The notes beneath the pieces are model-generated. The model was not told where the DNA came from and did no database searches. It saw nothing but the letters and a program-made list of their open reading frames with translations. This document shows, in pieces, positions 39,591-53,000 of a stretch of DNA of 64,000 nucleotides. Numbering within the stretch: position 1 is the stretch's first letter; each line of letters begins with the position of its first letter. Source of the DNA: Psilocybe cubensis (lineage: Eukaryota); contig CM039005.1 of NCBI GenBank assembly GCA_017499595.2, forward strand, positions 1,612,001 through 1,676,000, given 5' to 3'. Position numbers and translations under genes: made by a program.

Positions 39591-40823
39591 ATGCGTGCTT
39601 CCAGTCTCGTATTTGTTGTCTTCTGGGCGGTCGCCTCTGTTCTGGCACACCCCGTCAACCAACAGCGCGACATCAAAATCATTGGCCGCACTGAGTCTGT
39701 CAAGGTTGTTGCCGAAACCTCCAATAGGCTCCAGATGCTTTCTATTGGAAACCAGGCGTTCCGTGATAAACTTTCGAAGGAATCACCAACTCTTTTGAAG
39801 ACTTTAGCAGATGAAGGTCAAGGTGCGTCATTACTTTAACCTGTGATCAAATATGCCTCTAATTATCTTCACGAAACTAGCACCCCCTTTCATGTTCTTG
39901 GGATGCTCTGACAGTCGTGTCAGCGAGGGTACAATCTTCTCTGCCCAGCCTGGAACGCTTTTCACTCAGCGCAACATTGCCAATCAGTACCACAAGACTG
40001 ATCCGAACGCGTAAGCTAACTGCTGCACAATCCGGGCATATTCACTGAGATTCTAACCTGACCCATTTCCTACTTCTTCAATAGCCAATCTGTGCTCTCT
40101 TACGCCGTCTCTGAATTGGGAGTGAGCCATGTTATTGTTATGGGGCATTATGGCTGTGGAGGAGTTGCTGCTTCCATTGCCTCGGCTCCTACTGCGGAAA
40201 TTGACGCTGCTAGCGGCTCTATTCAAAGCTGGATCTCGCCCATCCGCAATATCTATGAAACATCGACCAGGTACGTAGCTTGACTCTTATTTTCATTTTA
40301 AACTAACTAAATTGGATTGTCACAGAGCCGAGATCGTCGAGCACAGGGTCAAGCATGCCAACGCATCTCTTGTCGAGGAGCCTGAAATCCAAGATCGTAA
40401 GTTTACTCTCACCAAGACTTGCCACCTCTCCCAAAGCTCAACGTCTCTTTAGCGGCATTCCGTGCTCTTGTCGAAGAGAACGTCAAGGCGTCCGTCAACA
40501 GCATCGTCAAGGACTCTGTTATTTCTAACCACTTCGCCGCTTTGTCTGCTGCTAAGAATGTCACTGGCAACGCGAGGCGCAGCGGGGGAGGCCCCGCCAA
40601 GGATGTTTTCGTCCATGGCTTCGTCTACGACATTGAAACCGGTATTGTCCATGACCTCGGCGTTTCCGTTGGCCCCCCCGGAGTCCCCATTCCTACCGTC
40701 CCCTTCTCTGCTGTAGCGAAGGCTGCCACTGAGGCTTCCAAAGCACATGACTCCGGCTCCTCTTCCCACTCGACTGAAGCCCCAAAGAAGCGCTCCAGGT
40801 TCTGGAGAAGAACCTCAGCCTAA
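39591..40823 (+). CDS. Beta-carbonic anhydrase with N-terminal signal peptide
   Basis: Zn-ligand motifs GCSDSR and GHYGCGG, plus QRNIANQ, LVEENV and VHGFVYDIETG. N-terminus is MRASSLVFVVFWAVASVLA-HP. Confidence 0.92.
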
Positions 40824-41907
40824 ACTTTCATTTGGGACATCGACCCTACGTAACGATGGGATAAAATCATCGGACCTTCCTTTCTTGTTAGTGTTGTTTA
40901 AGGGATTTGTTACTTGTCATTACATACATGGAAAGTGATAATAACTCAATGAATATTTTGGCGTTTATTTGCATTCTATTCTTCGTACATCGCACGGCCT
41001 CATGTATACAGTGATCTCTGACCTCGACTTCACATACAAATTTCTATATTTAATTCCCGGTCTTTTGATATTGGACAATCTGTGGCGTAGGAAACGTCAA
41101 AATGGTCTTGCACCGGCCATGCTTGGACGTTTTGCTTCTGTCAGAGTGAAAACGGCAATTGTGGCGAATAGTGATGGCAGGGTTCCCTAAGCCTTGGAAC
41201 TTCGCCTTCCAACTTTGGGTAGCATGCAAACTCCGTGTTTCGCAGCCTAGAGAGTAGGCGCTGTAAAGTTAGGGGTCGGTCGCTTTAACCTGATCTGGAT
41301 TACACTTGCATCCTCCGAGTACGATCCAACATCATCATTTGAACAAATTCAAATACCATAGAGGACTCGTACTTAAATCCCAAGCGCCATAATAACCGAG
41401 ACTTGAGGGCCGTTTGTCGATTGTGCTCCATCTTGGGATTCCGACTCAAGAGGTTTGATTTCACGATTGTCGGGACTTTCTGCCACGGAAAGGTTCTGCA
41501 TTTTTAAACCACACTGCTACCTACAAAATCCGGCAATAATCTTTTCAAAATGTAATACAGCTTACACACCAAGACTAAGAGCGAGAGAGCGAACTGTCAT
41601 GAAAGTTTCGACAAGTATAAAAATAATTTTGGTGAAGGCGCTGAGCACCTCATGATCGATGGAACCGGGTAGATTGGGCAGGGCCTGTCAAAATCGCCGC
41701 ATGATTTCATCCTCACAAATGTATGCACAAGTCCCTACAAGTCCTCAATACAATGGCAACCAGCTCTTGATGTTTTATTGATTTATTTTATCCACACCTT
41801 TAGCGAATTCCGCTTCCACATTCTTTCGGGCCCGTTGAGTCATAATATGTTAGACGTTGGATTATAAAACAGACAACTATGACGAAGAAATATATCTCAC
41901 AAAGTTT

Positions 41908-42576
41908 ATGGCTCAACCACGTCTGGTCTCTATTCGCTCTCGAAATCCCAAAGCCCGCATTTTTCTGCGATCGCCTTTATACACGGATGTCAATTCCCTG
42001 ACCGCTCGTGGTAACGACCCAAAATGCGTTGAATACCTTCCATGGCTGCAGAATGCCACCATCACGAACGAATCCAATACAAAGCAGGTCAAAAAGTGGC
42101 GTGCAGAGTCCGGCATCAAGGGGATTTTCCTTGTGATTGTGCTTCTCCCTGAGCATGGAGGTCCCCAAGGTATCAGCACCGCCGCCGATGCTACGATAGG
42201 CGACTCGGGCTTTGGACCAATAGACTTGGAAGCCAAAACAGGAGAATGCGGCATCATGCTCAACAGCGCGCCTTCAATCAGGGGAAAAGGCATAGCTGTC
42301 GAAGCACTTGATCTGAATTTTGCATACGCCTTCGACCATTTGGGCCTCGAGAAGGTCGAGCTCGGAACAGACAACATCAATGAGCCTATGCGGAGTTTGC
42401 TCGAAAAGAAATTCCAGCTCTCTGGTATTTACAACCAGGAGAAAGACAACTGGACATTCGTGGTAACAAAAGAATGGTGGCAAGAGCGTTCGAAAGCGGC
42501 GGGAGAGGATCGTGTGTTGGTTGATGTCGAGGAGATCCCGTTCGAAGACGGAGAGTTGACGGAGGCGAAGAAATGA
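41908..42576 (+). CDS. GNAT acetyltransferase (RimJ/Acetyltransf_3-like), intronless
   Basis: IGDSGF, GECGIML, RGKGIAVEAL, AFDHLGLEKVELGT and NEPMRSLLEK. First ATG at 41908. Confidence 0.8.
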   Translation: MAQPRLVSIRSRNPKARIFLRSPLYTDVNSLTARGNDPKCVEYLPWLQNATITNESNTKQVKKWRAESGIKGIFLVIVLLPEHGGPQGISTAADATIGDSGFGPIDLEAKTGECGIMLNSAPSIRGKGIAVEALDLNFAYAFDHLGLEKVELGTDNINEPMRSLLEKKFQLSGIYNQEKDNWTFVVTKEWWQERSKAAGEDRVLVDVEEIPFEDGELTEAKK

Positions 42577-42905
42577 GAAGATATGAATCTCTATTTAAAT
42601 AAAACCTGCACCATTGAATTAAAAATGAACATGTTTATGACGCGGGCATAAATTGTCATACCTTCGAACGTATGTGCGAGGTCCAACGATGCAATATCGG
42701 CCCCAGTAGACATCATAGAGACAGAGCAGGTGAACTAGCAGTAGTATGGCAGAGCCGCCTGTTATGCAAAAAACAACGGCAGCCTTGATGTTGAACGGAA
42801 TAATACAGACACGTTAACGTGAACCACCAAGTCTTCAAGCTACAAACTTCATTACTCAGTTCCAAGGAACTCGGGCGCAACAGGGGGTCTCTCAAGCAAT
42901 CACGA

Positions 42906-44299
42906 ATGTTGTCGTTATCGATCGTCCGAATATTCCGTCGCCGACCTGGAGCCGCTTTGAGATCCCCCGTGGCCTTTGTGTATTCTCGAACCATCATGTC
43001 CTCAGCATCTACTCACCAACCGAAAATCCTTGTGGCCGTCGTGGGTGTCGGACTCGTAGGGTCGGAGTTGATAAATCAACTACTTTCCATTCCGCCACCA
43101 TTATCCCCGTTCAAGCTTGTCTCACTCACATCATCATCACGATCTCTCTTCACTGGGAAAGAAAGCCCAATTGGCCCGAATGACTCCTGGAAATCCCTGC
43201 TCGCATCCTCTAAGGCACCAGCAGACCTCAAGGCACTTACCGAACAATTGAAACAGCTGGTTGGCGAAAAGGAGCGGGTTGCCTTGGTGGACAACACGTC
43301 TTCGGAAGAAGTTGCCGCTTTCTACCCTACATGGCTCAAAGAAGGAATCAACGTTGTGACACCCAACAAGAAGGCATTCTCAGGAGACGCCGACTTGTAT
43401 TCTAAAATTCTCAGTGCCAGTAGGGAAAGCGGAGCCAAGTTTCTCAACGAAGCGACAGTTGGTGCAGGCCTGCCGGTCATCGCACCTCTCAAGGAGTTGC
43501 TTGCTACTGGCGATAAGGTGTGGATCCTTTTTGTAAGAATATTTGACAGTTTTTCACCGATGATCATATTAAGATAATCAAAATTGAAGGAGTTTTCTCC
43601 GGAACTATGAGCTATATTTTCAACAATTTCTCAACTGGTACCCCAGAAGGACCGGCATTCTCTTCTGTAGTGGCTATCGCAAGAGAAAAAGGATACACTG
43701 TATGTCTTGTATAACTCGAATAGACTTTGGAAGTGTTACTCACTCATCTTTCTCTCTTAAGGAACCTCACCCTGCAGATGATTTGAATGGCTTCGATGTT
43801 GCACGCAAATTAACTATTTTGTCACGATTGATATCAAGCATGCCCTCTGGAAGCAGTCTTCCCTCTCTACAATCTTTTGCTTCTGTCCAGACTGCATCGC
43901 TGATTCCTCCCGCTCTGGAAGGCATTCCTACTGGAGACGAGTTTATCAAGCGTCTTCCCGAGTTCGACGACGAATTTGCTAAATTGAGGGTAGAAGCTAG
44001 CAAAGAAAATAAGGTGCTTCGTTTCGTCGGTGTAGTTGACGTCGCTGGTGGCCAGGTTAGGGCAGGACTGGAGAAGTATGTCTTTAAAGTTTTTCTATAC
44101 ATATCCTTACTGATAGCATATACCATTCTTCAGATATCCCACTGATCATCCTTTCGCCACTTCGCTCGGTGGCTCAGACAACATTATCATGTTCCATACC
44201 GAAAGATATAGTCCAAGGCCGTTGATTGTGCAGGGTGCAGGTGCAGGTGCTGCTGTCACCGCGATGGGAGTGTTGGGTGACCTTTTGAAATTGGTTTAA
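42906..44299 (+). CDS. HOM6: Homoserine dehydrogenase
   Basis: [59 protein letters not shown] and [18 protein letters not shown]. Confidence 0.95.
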
Positions 44300-44770
44300 A
44301 TAAGCCTCCCAAAAAATTCTACATTTTGAAGAGCCGCGCCAGTTGCCGTTATCATAGAAGCCCTTCGTATCAAAATGCCATGCCGTCAAGCAACCAATCT
44401 ACAAGGAAAGAAGTGCAGAAGAAAACTTGAGTGGCTATCAAGGTTGCTTCAAAGTTTTATCGATGTCATTCGCCCTCGAGTCACCATGATGGCTTTGGAT
44501 TGGTCATGGCAGTGCTTACAGGCTCTGGCTGGGCATACACAGCGTGAGAATTACCGTATTCGACTGCAAATCAATGATTTGAGGCTTTCTTGTCTTTTAC
44601 CGCTGACCATTCCCCCCGATTGCACTGTTCAACGGATGACTCTCTGCTTATAGTGCGTTGCATAAAGCTTCAATCTATTCGACCAACGATAACTGCTCTC
44701 TCGCCTCCTGGCTCGTCCTTGGACACACAACTGGATATAACCCGACCAGTATATTGCTATTGAAGAGTCC

Positions 44771-46283
44771 ATGTCGTCTACCTTCGGTATCAACACGTCT
44801 AGGCAGCCGCTTCGTAGTTGGCACCCCAAACTCACTCCATTTCGTTTGTTGACTCTTTCCGTCGCCGTATCACTAGGAACGGCCAAGGCAATACTAACTT
44901 ATAAAGAGCATGCACTTTCTACAACCTTGGAATGGATTTCAAGTGTTCTAGTATTTATAATGTGCGTTCAAGCAATCTTATTTCTATAAATCACTAAGCC
45001 GAATAATTAGATTTTATCTTCTCACAACTTACGAAGAATCAGTCGATAATAACGACAAGCCGAGTGTTCTATCTTGGTTTTTTACGTTTGATTGTATGAA
45101 CATCTTTTGGGATCTGCTCAGGCTCTTTCGTCTGCCGATTCCCGAGTACGATACAACCGAACGCAGATCATATCTCACGGCTTCGCGTCGTCCTTCTGTC
45201 ACCATATATAGAATCCTCGTTTCCGCGATTGCTGCTACTTTTGCGACCGTCAAGTGTATTTTTGCCTATTTTGGGTACACTACTGCTGCCAACACTTTTG
45301 ATTGGATGTTTGGTGTCGTGGCGACATCCAGGTACGCCCTGTAGTTCTCATCGTTGAGGTATATCTAGATCCTTCATCCCCTGGAGTAGCTTGTACATAA
45401 TCGGCTTGTACGAAAATAATAATGCGGACTTTGCCGCACCTTTCTTCCAGGACGATTACTTTTGGCTTTTGCAAAAATGGGCGTACCATGGTGCATATAT
45501 TATCCCTTCTTCCAAACACTCGAGGTACTGAGAAACACGGTCACTAGGATTTTTCATCGGCATTTTTGTAGGAGCTACGTATCTCTGCGGAAATTGGTCA
45601 TTTCAATGGTTCAAAACACTGGCCGAATACTACGTGCAAGAGACAACCAACAAGCAAGGAACATTTATTAGGCTCTCACTTGACGACTCCCTGCTCATCT
45701 CTTCCGTAAACATCTTGGTCTCTGGATCGATCTCATTCTACTCACTTTGTGGTATCGCCACACTCGTAACGGTGTACTGGTGGTTCTGGACGTTTTACCT
45801 GCGGAAAAGGACCTTTCTTCTTCGTGTATTTAATTTTGTTGGGCCATCTATATCAATCATCATCGATGGCATTAAAACCAATAAAACGCTCACTCAAATC
45901 GCTGTTAAAAGTAATTTCTGAAATAACACTCATGCCCAACTCTATGCTAATAGAACTTTGCAGCATGGCTTGTGACCAAATTTATTTGTCGGCTATCGCT
46001 ACGCATCATTCTCTACACTGTTGGTATAGTAGTGTGTTTAGCACTGGCAATTATGTACGCCGAAGTGGTGCGGATCGTCTTTTGGCCTCTAATCGACTTC
46101 AGCAAATACGGCTGGTTTACCTCGGCGGGATTTCTCTTCATCATCGTTTTCAGCAGTGCCTTGTCTGTTTCGTTTCTTATCGGGGCGGTTCGCCTCTCTA
46201 TTTCAATGTTCCAGCCTCTTTCCAAATATTATGACACGAGAATGCTACCCATGTTTCGTAGGATCACGCACCCCACTTGGTGA
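44771..46283 (+). CDS. Uncharacterised multi-pass membrane protein with internal duplication
   Basis: Two similar units (P.(L/V)T.(F/Y)R.L...(G/A)T.K....Y...(E/D)W......Y....YE....FF..D) followed by further hydrophobic helices. Confidence 0.65.
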
Positions 46284-46561
46284 TCAATTTTTGGGATCTT
46301 GCGTGGAAAAGCAGCGATTCAACATCAAGTGAGGGTGGCGAGTTTTTCAATGAAAAGAATTTTTAACTCAGCAAAATTGTCTTTGCAGAACAAAATATAT
46401 AAACATATTTACTTGTAGACAGCGAACCCTACAATCGAACAATACTAAGCTGGATATGGCAAGTGTGTTTACTAATTCGGCGTCCTTAGTGTGTACAGCA
46501 AACCTCGTGACATTCAGCGGCAGCCACCGTTCTATTTCCTACGTGGCGGAGAAAAGAGCGC

Positions 46562-47555
46562 TCATTGAAGCGGGTAGAAGATATCTACCTGTCCGTTAGG
46601 TACTCCATTTGATACGACTGACATGGTAAACCCTTCGGCAGTGTCAACGATTGTTGACCAAATGACGGTCGGGCGAACACCGTTATTCTTGATAATATCG
46701 ATCCCTCTCATCGACGTCCGTCCACGAGGAAGATAAGTAGGTGATTTGGCACTGTAAACTTCCAACGCTTCGAATGCAAGTGGAAGGGGCCTAGTCGATG
46801 AGATGGAGAGGGAGGTACCAGGGAAGCCAGTAAACACAGAGTTGTAGTTGTATGCCGCTACGCCCTCAGTGTTTGTGATGCTTTGAAGGGTCATAAGTCC
46901 AGTAAGGCCTTGGTTGACGGGGACTTGGACGAGCGGTGTGAAGAATGCGCTTGTCCCGATAACCCACCACGACGAAAGTGCCCAATAATTTCCACCTCCA
47001 GCAGCTGACCCGCCGTATTGTAAGACTGGCTGTAAGATGGCGTCCCCAGCATCCGGCTCAAGTCCGTTGAAGATAAATATGGTCTGACCGTCAACTACTT
47101 CTGGAACCTCTGGGACGACCCAAAAGGTACTGAAAGAGGAGATTGGATTGGGGTCTGCGCCGTTGGACCAGTATGCCAAGCCAACGTATCCTGATTGTAT
47201 ATCCCGGCGCTGATGGGGGCTCCTGTTGGCGCTGGTAAATGGGGTGGATTTAAGAGTTGTACCATTCGCAGAAACAATACTGATGGTTTCACCAATGTGC
47301 TCTACTCTAGCGCCTTGGGGCACGGAGTGCACGTTGGATTTAAGGACAGGTCCGCCTGGAGTGATCACGAACTCCTCGTCCGGCGCATCAGCACGGCTTA
47401 AAATCTTCGATGAGAATCTCAGCTTGCATAGAGAATAAACGAGGTGAAATTATATTTACGTTGTTCACCTGCGGTGAGACGGCTGGCGATGCCAATGCTC
47501 CCATGCAGTGAAGGGCAGCAAGAGAGAATGCCAGAACCTGGAAAGAATGGTGCAT
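46562..47555 (-). CDS. Secreted beta-rich protein with QPVLQYG motif (peptidase G1/concanavalin-like fold, tentative)
   Basis: Signal peptide MHHSFQVLAFSLAALHCMGALA and one intron. Pro-region TPGGP...HQRR, then FSTFWVVP, FIFNGLEP, ILQPVLQYGGSAAGGG and ALEVY. Confidence 0.65.
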
Positions 47556-49197
47556 GATCTGGTGATGAGAGAAGTTGTAAGATAAAGAAATGTGCATATG
47601 ATATTCCCAACTTACTGTCTTGAAGGAGAGCGGGTTGCTTAGTTACTTTCACATTCATTATACAGGCCTCTTATACTTCTGAGAGGCCAAATTACTATAT
47701 AAAAGTGTCCTTTCGCCACCTCAAAATGAGCGTTCTAGGTTTCAGACTACCCAGATACCATTTGGGAAATGTGCGCCCCGAGAAATGCAAATAACGAACT
47801 TGGTTTCTACCGAACACGTACGTGATTATTATCGGCTGTAAAAAATGCTTAATAATTATGCCTGGACTTGAGTTGGACTCAGACGCTCAAAGAGTTGTTA
47901 TTACTACCCTTGTTCTTTGAATTTTGGTCAACCAGGTGCTCTAATCGTTGAGTGCCTGTTATCTAGTTGAGTCCAATAATTCACCATGTTTCGTTGCCAG
48001 ATTAACTTTCAATAAATACAGCCATGGTTTTATAATTAACAGAAGCTACAGAGCTTGGCACTTTAACGACCATGTGGATGTATGGAAGCAGCAATTGTTT
48101 AAGCGCCCTTCACGTAAATTAGACGCCGATTTAGAGCGTCCGGTTGTCACATTTTAGACAACAGCTACAATGAAATCATTGATGATTGACATCTTGCCCC
48201 AAAAGTTCCGTAGTAATTATGTATATAACAAGATTCCACTGGAATTAATAGGTTAATTGGTCATCAAGGTCTGAAACTTTTATGATATCGGGTATAGGTG
48301 AAGGAAGGAAAGGCAATCAAAACTCTTCTATTAACTGTTGACTTAGATATTAGTTTCTTTATGATTTTAGCGCCACGCGCTCATTTATTACTGAAGAATT
48401 TTTTCCAAAAGAATGTGTACAGACTTTAGTGGCTGGTACGTCATTGTTCTCATTTCGATTTATGGCGGCTTTATTCAGCGCCCATGAACCGAGTCCGAGG
48501 CGGGTTGTCAGTCCTCTGTTATCAGGCCCCAAGAAAGGGGTAGCATCACCGCATCCGAAAGCAGCCTGAGATTTGTAGTAACGGACCGGAATATGGTTGG
48601 CGACGGACTCGAGGAGTGAAAGAAGCAAGTATGGGTGCCGTTCTGGGGTATTCTGGTCAGCAGATAGCAAAAGATTCACCGATTCAAATGGGGTCAGCAA
48701 TGATGCGTGACTCGCTCAGTTTGTGTTTCCGAAAGCCTCTCCCGAAGTTTTTTCTCTTATAGCCTTTCATAGCCTTCCCTCGACGAGCTCGCTTAGTGGG
48801 CTCCTTTCGAAATTTCTGTCAATGGCATGTTGTAAGATGTAATCTACTGATCAGCTGTGGAAACCAGCCACGTACGAGAAGCCAGGACCCTCGAAACAAC
48901 GGAGTCAGGATTAATATATGGATACTTATTTGGACTTGGCAAAGATGCCCGCTTACAGATAACTTATACTAGCTGCAGCATCTGGATTACCTGAATAAAA
49001 GTTATTTTGTTCGACAAAATGCCCATACTTATGTATGATCTAACTGATATTTAGGTATCGTTGCCTTCAAATGGTACGAAAACCCCAGCCATTGCATTTT
49101 CGGATCAAGATAATGGTGTGATGAAAATACATTGTATGTAGCCCAGGTTAAAAAATGAAAGAAAGGGGGCGCGCGTCCTGAATATATCAGCTTCAAC

Positions 49198-50007
49198 TTA
49201 GTCTCTGTCCTGAGATGTTGTCCAGAACTGGCGCTTGACGAGCTCTGCAATTTCCTCGCCTCGCGCCTCGAGTTCAGCGAGCATAGCGCGTGCAGCGCGG
49301 GTGCCCTAAAATATGTAAGATCAGAGTCATCCAAATATCATGACCTTTGGTTTAACTCACGGCTGCCCTTCTGTTTCTCGAGCCGGTAGCAGCGTTGGCC
49401 CGAGCGTTAGCAGCCTGTGTGACGGCGACACAGTTTCCGAAGCCAGCAGAGGTCACAAATTGCTGAAAGGAGCTCAATAAATTGGACTCAAATATTTCAA
49501 AAGAAACTTACGACAAGGCATTTATTCCTTCCGGCACCTCCAGTGCACCTAGTACCGGCCGGGAGGTTGGCCACAATATTTTGCTGACCAACATTGTTTG
49601 GCGCTGCGTTACCGTTGGTCGTGACTGTCATTGCAACGAAGTTTCTTCCTGTTCCAGAGGGATCGACCCTGGCAGTGACCCTCCTTGAACCATCGCGACC
49701 TCTGAAACAAAATAAGAGATCAGCATCCCGACGCTGTCGATTGAAACTAGAATTTAAGGTACCCATTGAAGTTGATGGCGACAACATTGACAGCCCCAGC
49801 AGCGTTAGCGGTCACTGCAGTCGAGGAATCCAGGGTCGAGGCAATGTTAACGTTGGCTCCGCAGGGATTGGCGTTATTTGGGCGCTTAACATTGTTGCGG
49901 GCCGGAGTCCCTCGGACACCAAGGGCAGGGGAGATAGCAGCATGCGCACTAACTTGGAGAGCAAGGGCAAGAACAAGGGTGGCGGATGTCCAGACTTTAG
50001 AGAACAT
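49198..50007 (-). CDS. Secreted Cys-containing Egh16/DUF3129-like protein
   Basis: Signal peptide then HAAISPALG, NPCG, NFNG..DGSR, LPAGTRCTGGAGRNKCLVQF and GFGNCVAV. Four exons. Confidence 0.7.
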
Positions 50008-53000
50008 TTTCGATATGAGAGCTAGCTCGAAATTTGAGATTTACTGGAGGAAGGGCAGAGAAAGGAAAACACGCGGTGTTGGAAAATAAAGTTTCAAGGA
50101 AAGGGGAATGGAAGTAAAAAAAAAAAAGGAACCTGTCCTGGGTTGAAACTACAGACTGCTAGGCTGGGGTAGACGCGGATGAAGGAGAAACAAAGAACAG
50201 TTGGGCTCGTTTGCTTTTGCTCTTATATATTCGCACATGTCCCTCAATGATTTGTCGTTTATTGTGCCTTCCATATGCTCCAGAACAGTGGTAACTATAG
50301 CATCAAATTTTCAAGATGGTTACGATTTGCCGAACCAGTTGGCATCACCTGCTGATATAGGATTATCTGAGTCGTAAGTACTATATACCAGTGTCCTCAC
50401 TCTCCTATCCATGCCCCTCGTTCTTTATCATCTCAACGCTGGGTACACAGATAAAATGTCTTGTACGAGCTGCAACTAACAATTTGAACTTTGTAGATCA
50501 TAATTCAGTCCTGCACTCATTGTCGAAACAACCGGTCGTCCCCGAAAACAAAAGGTGGTCTATAAAAATCTCAGTTATGTCACCTTTATGTTATTGTGTT
50601 ACCCTAGAGTAGTTGCCATTTGCCGGTGTGAGCTCATGGTGAAGGCGGCCGTAGTACAATGAGGTTCCACATAACGCCTTTGAATTCAATGTCCTGGTAA
50701 ACTTAGATCTCCATAGGAGTTGAGAGTGACCCAGGTCCGTGGAAACGGTAATGTAATAATGATTTCTATCGATCTGGAGGTTACCACCGATCCCACATCA
50801 ATCCCTAGCGACTGGTACACACCTGTACACACTTCAATTTGTTGCAGCACTGTGCTAGTGGCTGATTGGCTCGTTCCTGAAGCATGTGGTGCGGGAATTC
50901 GAAGCTGACCTTGACGACGACCTCAGTATGTAGGTCAGATAAGATTAGATGAGATTACATAGGGCGCTGACGTCATAATCAAAGGCTGTGCACATGAAAG
51001 GCTCTGGAGCACCAAGACTTTTGCTCGACCTGAGCCAATTCGTGAATTAAAACGGCTTTCTTCATTCCTCTCATCGTAATCAAATGCCTTTCGGTTTTCA
51101 GTAAGTAATCAGTGATTTTTTCGGCCTTTCCAGCTTAATTATCTTCCAAAAAGTCTTCAAGGGCCACGCATTACTCGTATGTTTCAATTATCCTAAATTC
51201 TCCAAACATTTCCTTGGTTGTAACACCTCGAATAATAGATACCAGAAAACGCCGTGCAATTATTCCAGGGTAAATTTACAATCTTCTCTCTCGTGGAGTT
51301 GTATTTTGATTTTGGGCATAGGTTTCTCTACGTCACATTCCATGGCGTCAAACCGAAGTTCTCTCTTCAACTAGGGCGCCACGTTCATGTGAATTAAAAG
51401 TCTGTCTCAACTATCTCGAAAGAGATTCACACTTGCCAATTTTCCGGGAAGAACTTCGACACAGAAGTTCTTGATTATTTCTGTCATGATTTCAACACTT
51501 CGACCATGTTTGCGGCATCGCAACCACTATCCGAACAATTTTTGCTATAATTATACCACATCCTTCCGTGGGCTGAATTAGATATTTTCAGTTGGCGTTT
51601 TGCTTGCATCATTGACCATTTAGACTGTTCCAAGCCTGAAGGGCAAATCAATTACGAGATTTTTTCTGATTTCGTGCGTCAATATACCTTGAAGCCACTG
51701 ATTCATGTTTGTACCATCCGTGCCTGTACTGAAGACATCTTCACATGAAAAAGACGTGTGGTCGGGCCATAATCAATTGAATTGGCGATAAACTAAAGCT
51801 TTTGCGCTCTTCCCACGCCCCTTCTAGCGGGCACGCACCGCACAACGGCATGGTAGAGACTCAAGACACTATCATCTGCTGTAAAGGGACGAAGTTCTAG
51901 CTTTCGGTGTCTTGCTTTGTATACCATAAGGCGAGTCACTTGCAGCACATGGTTCTAGACAGATACGAGGCTGAATCTGTTCGACTGTGTATACCATGTA
52001 TCCAGCACCTCCAGGAAAACAAAGGCGAATCGAAGAATGTGGCGATTTTTAGCTGGCAACGATGATTCAGCGGAGCTCTTAGAAGCGTTAAATCACCGAA
52101 TCGACATTTGAATGGAGGCATGAGTCTCCCTGACTTGTACGTTGTTGGCCCACCGGAGCGTGTCGTGCATAATTGCCCTGGAATGTTCAAGTGCGGTTCC
52201 GAAACATCTTCGAAAAAACATCACATCCGAAAAATCCTAATGTGCTTCGCAATCCATACAGCCACCATCTAACGGTGAAATCATTCCCAGAATGAACAAC
52301 GCCTCAGTCTCTTTGCTTGAAGACATGACAGTTGCTGGCTGCTGGCGATCGGATGAGCGCAAAAACAGCGTTTTTGTCTAACGGCAAGAAGCAAGAAATC
52401 TGATTCAGTTGGTTGCCAGCGAGATATCGGAGTCCTATTGAGGCGCCGCAACTCCTAGCGAACCGTAGTTATAGAACTGTGCAGGATGGCCGAGAATGAC
52501 CAGACGCAAGGGAACGTCTAATATGGAACATTAGTGTAAGTAGAAAACTTTCGTCGTCAGAATATCTATTCGTGCAAATAATGCACATCCGAACTCACGA
52601 TATCTTGATAGATATTCCTTAAGATGTGGTGGCACTGTCTCGGCAAAGAGCTAGCTTTCACAGATGGCATACCCGAATTGCGTGGTCTTCACTCTGCTGT
52701 TCTGCAACCTCCTTCACAGCCTAGCTCAACTCGTTCAAGGCCAAACGGGAAAACGGCGTTTCCAGGAAAAATCTCGGTAGCCAGAAACAAGACTGGCATC
52801 GTAACCTACATATTTCTCATAGTGAATGACGGTGAACTTGCGCTTTCCCAACTCACCTTTTAATAGTCCAAGTAAGTGCAGAAATTATCACAGGCGCTTT
52901 ACAAAAGTAGCGCGGTCTAAAATACGCCCTGTTTCCATGCATGCCTCAAATTTCCCCCAGCTGGCTATGTAACCTAATTTCCTAACGAAGAAGAGGTGAT

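Noticed and set aside
48359-48830. 113-aa minus-strand ORF or possible gene remnant
   Set aside because: No ATG start or recognisable homology; support is insufficient.
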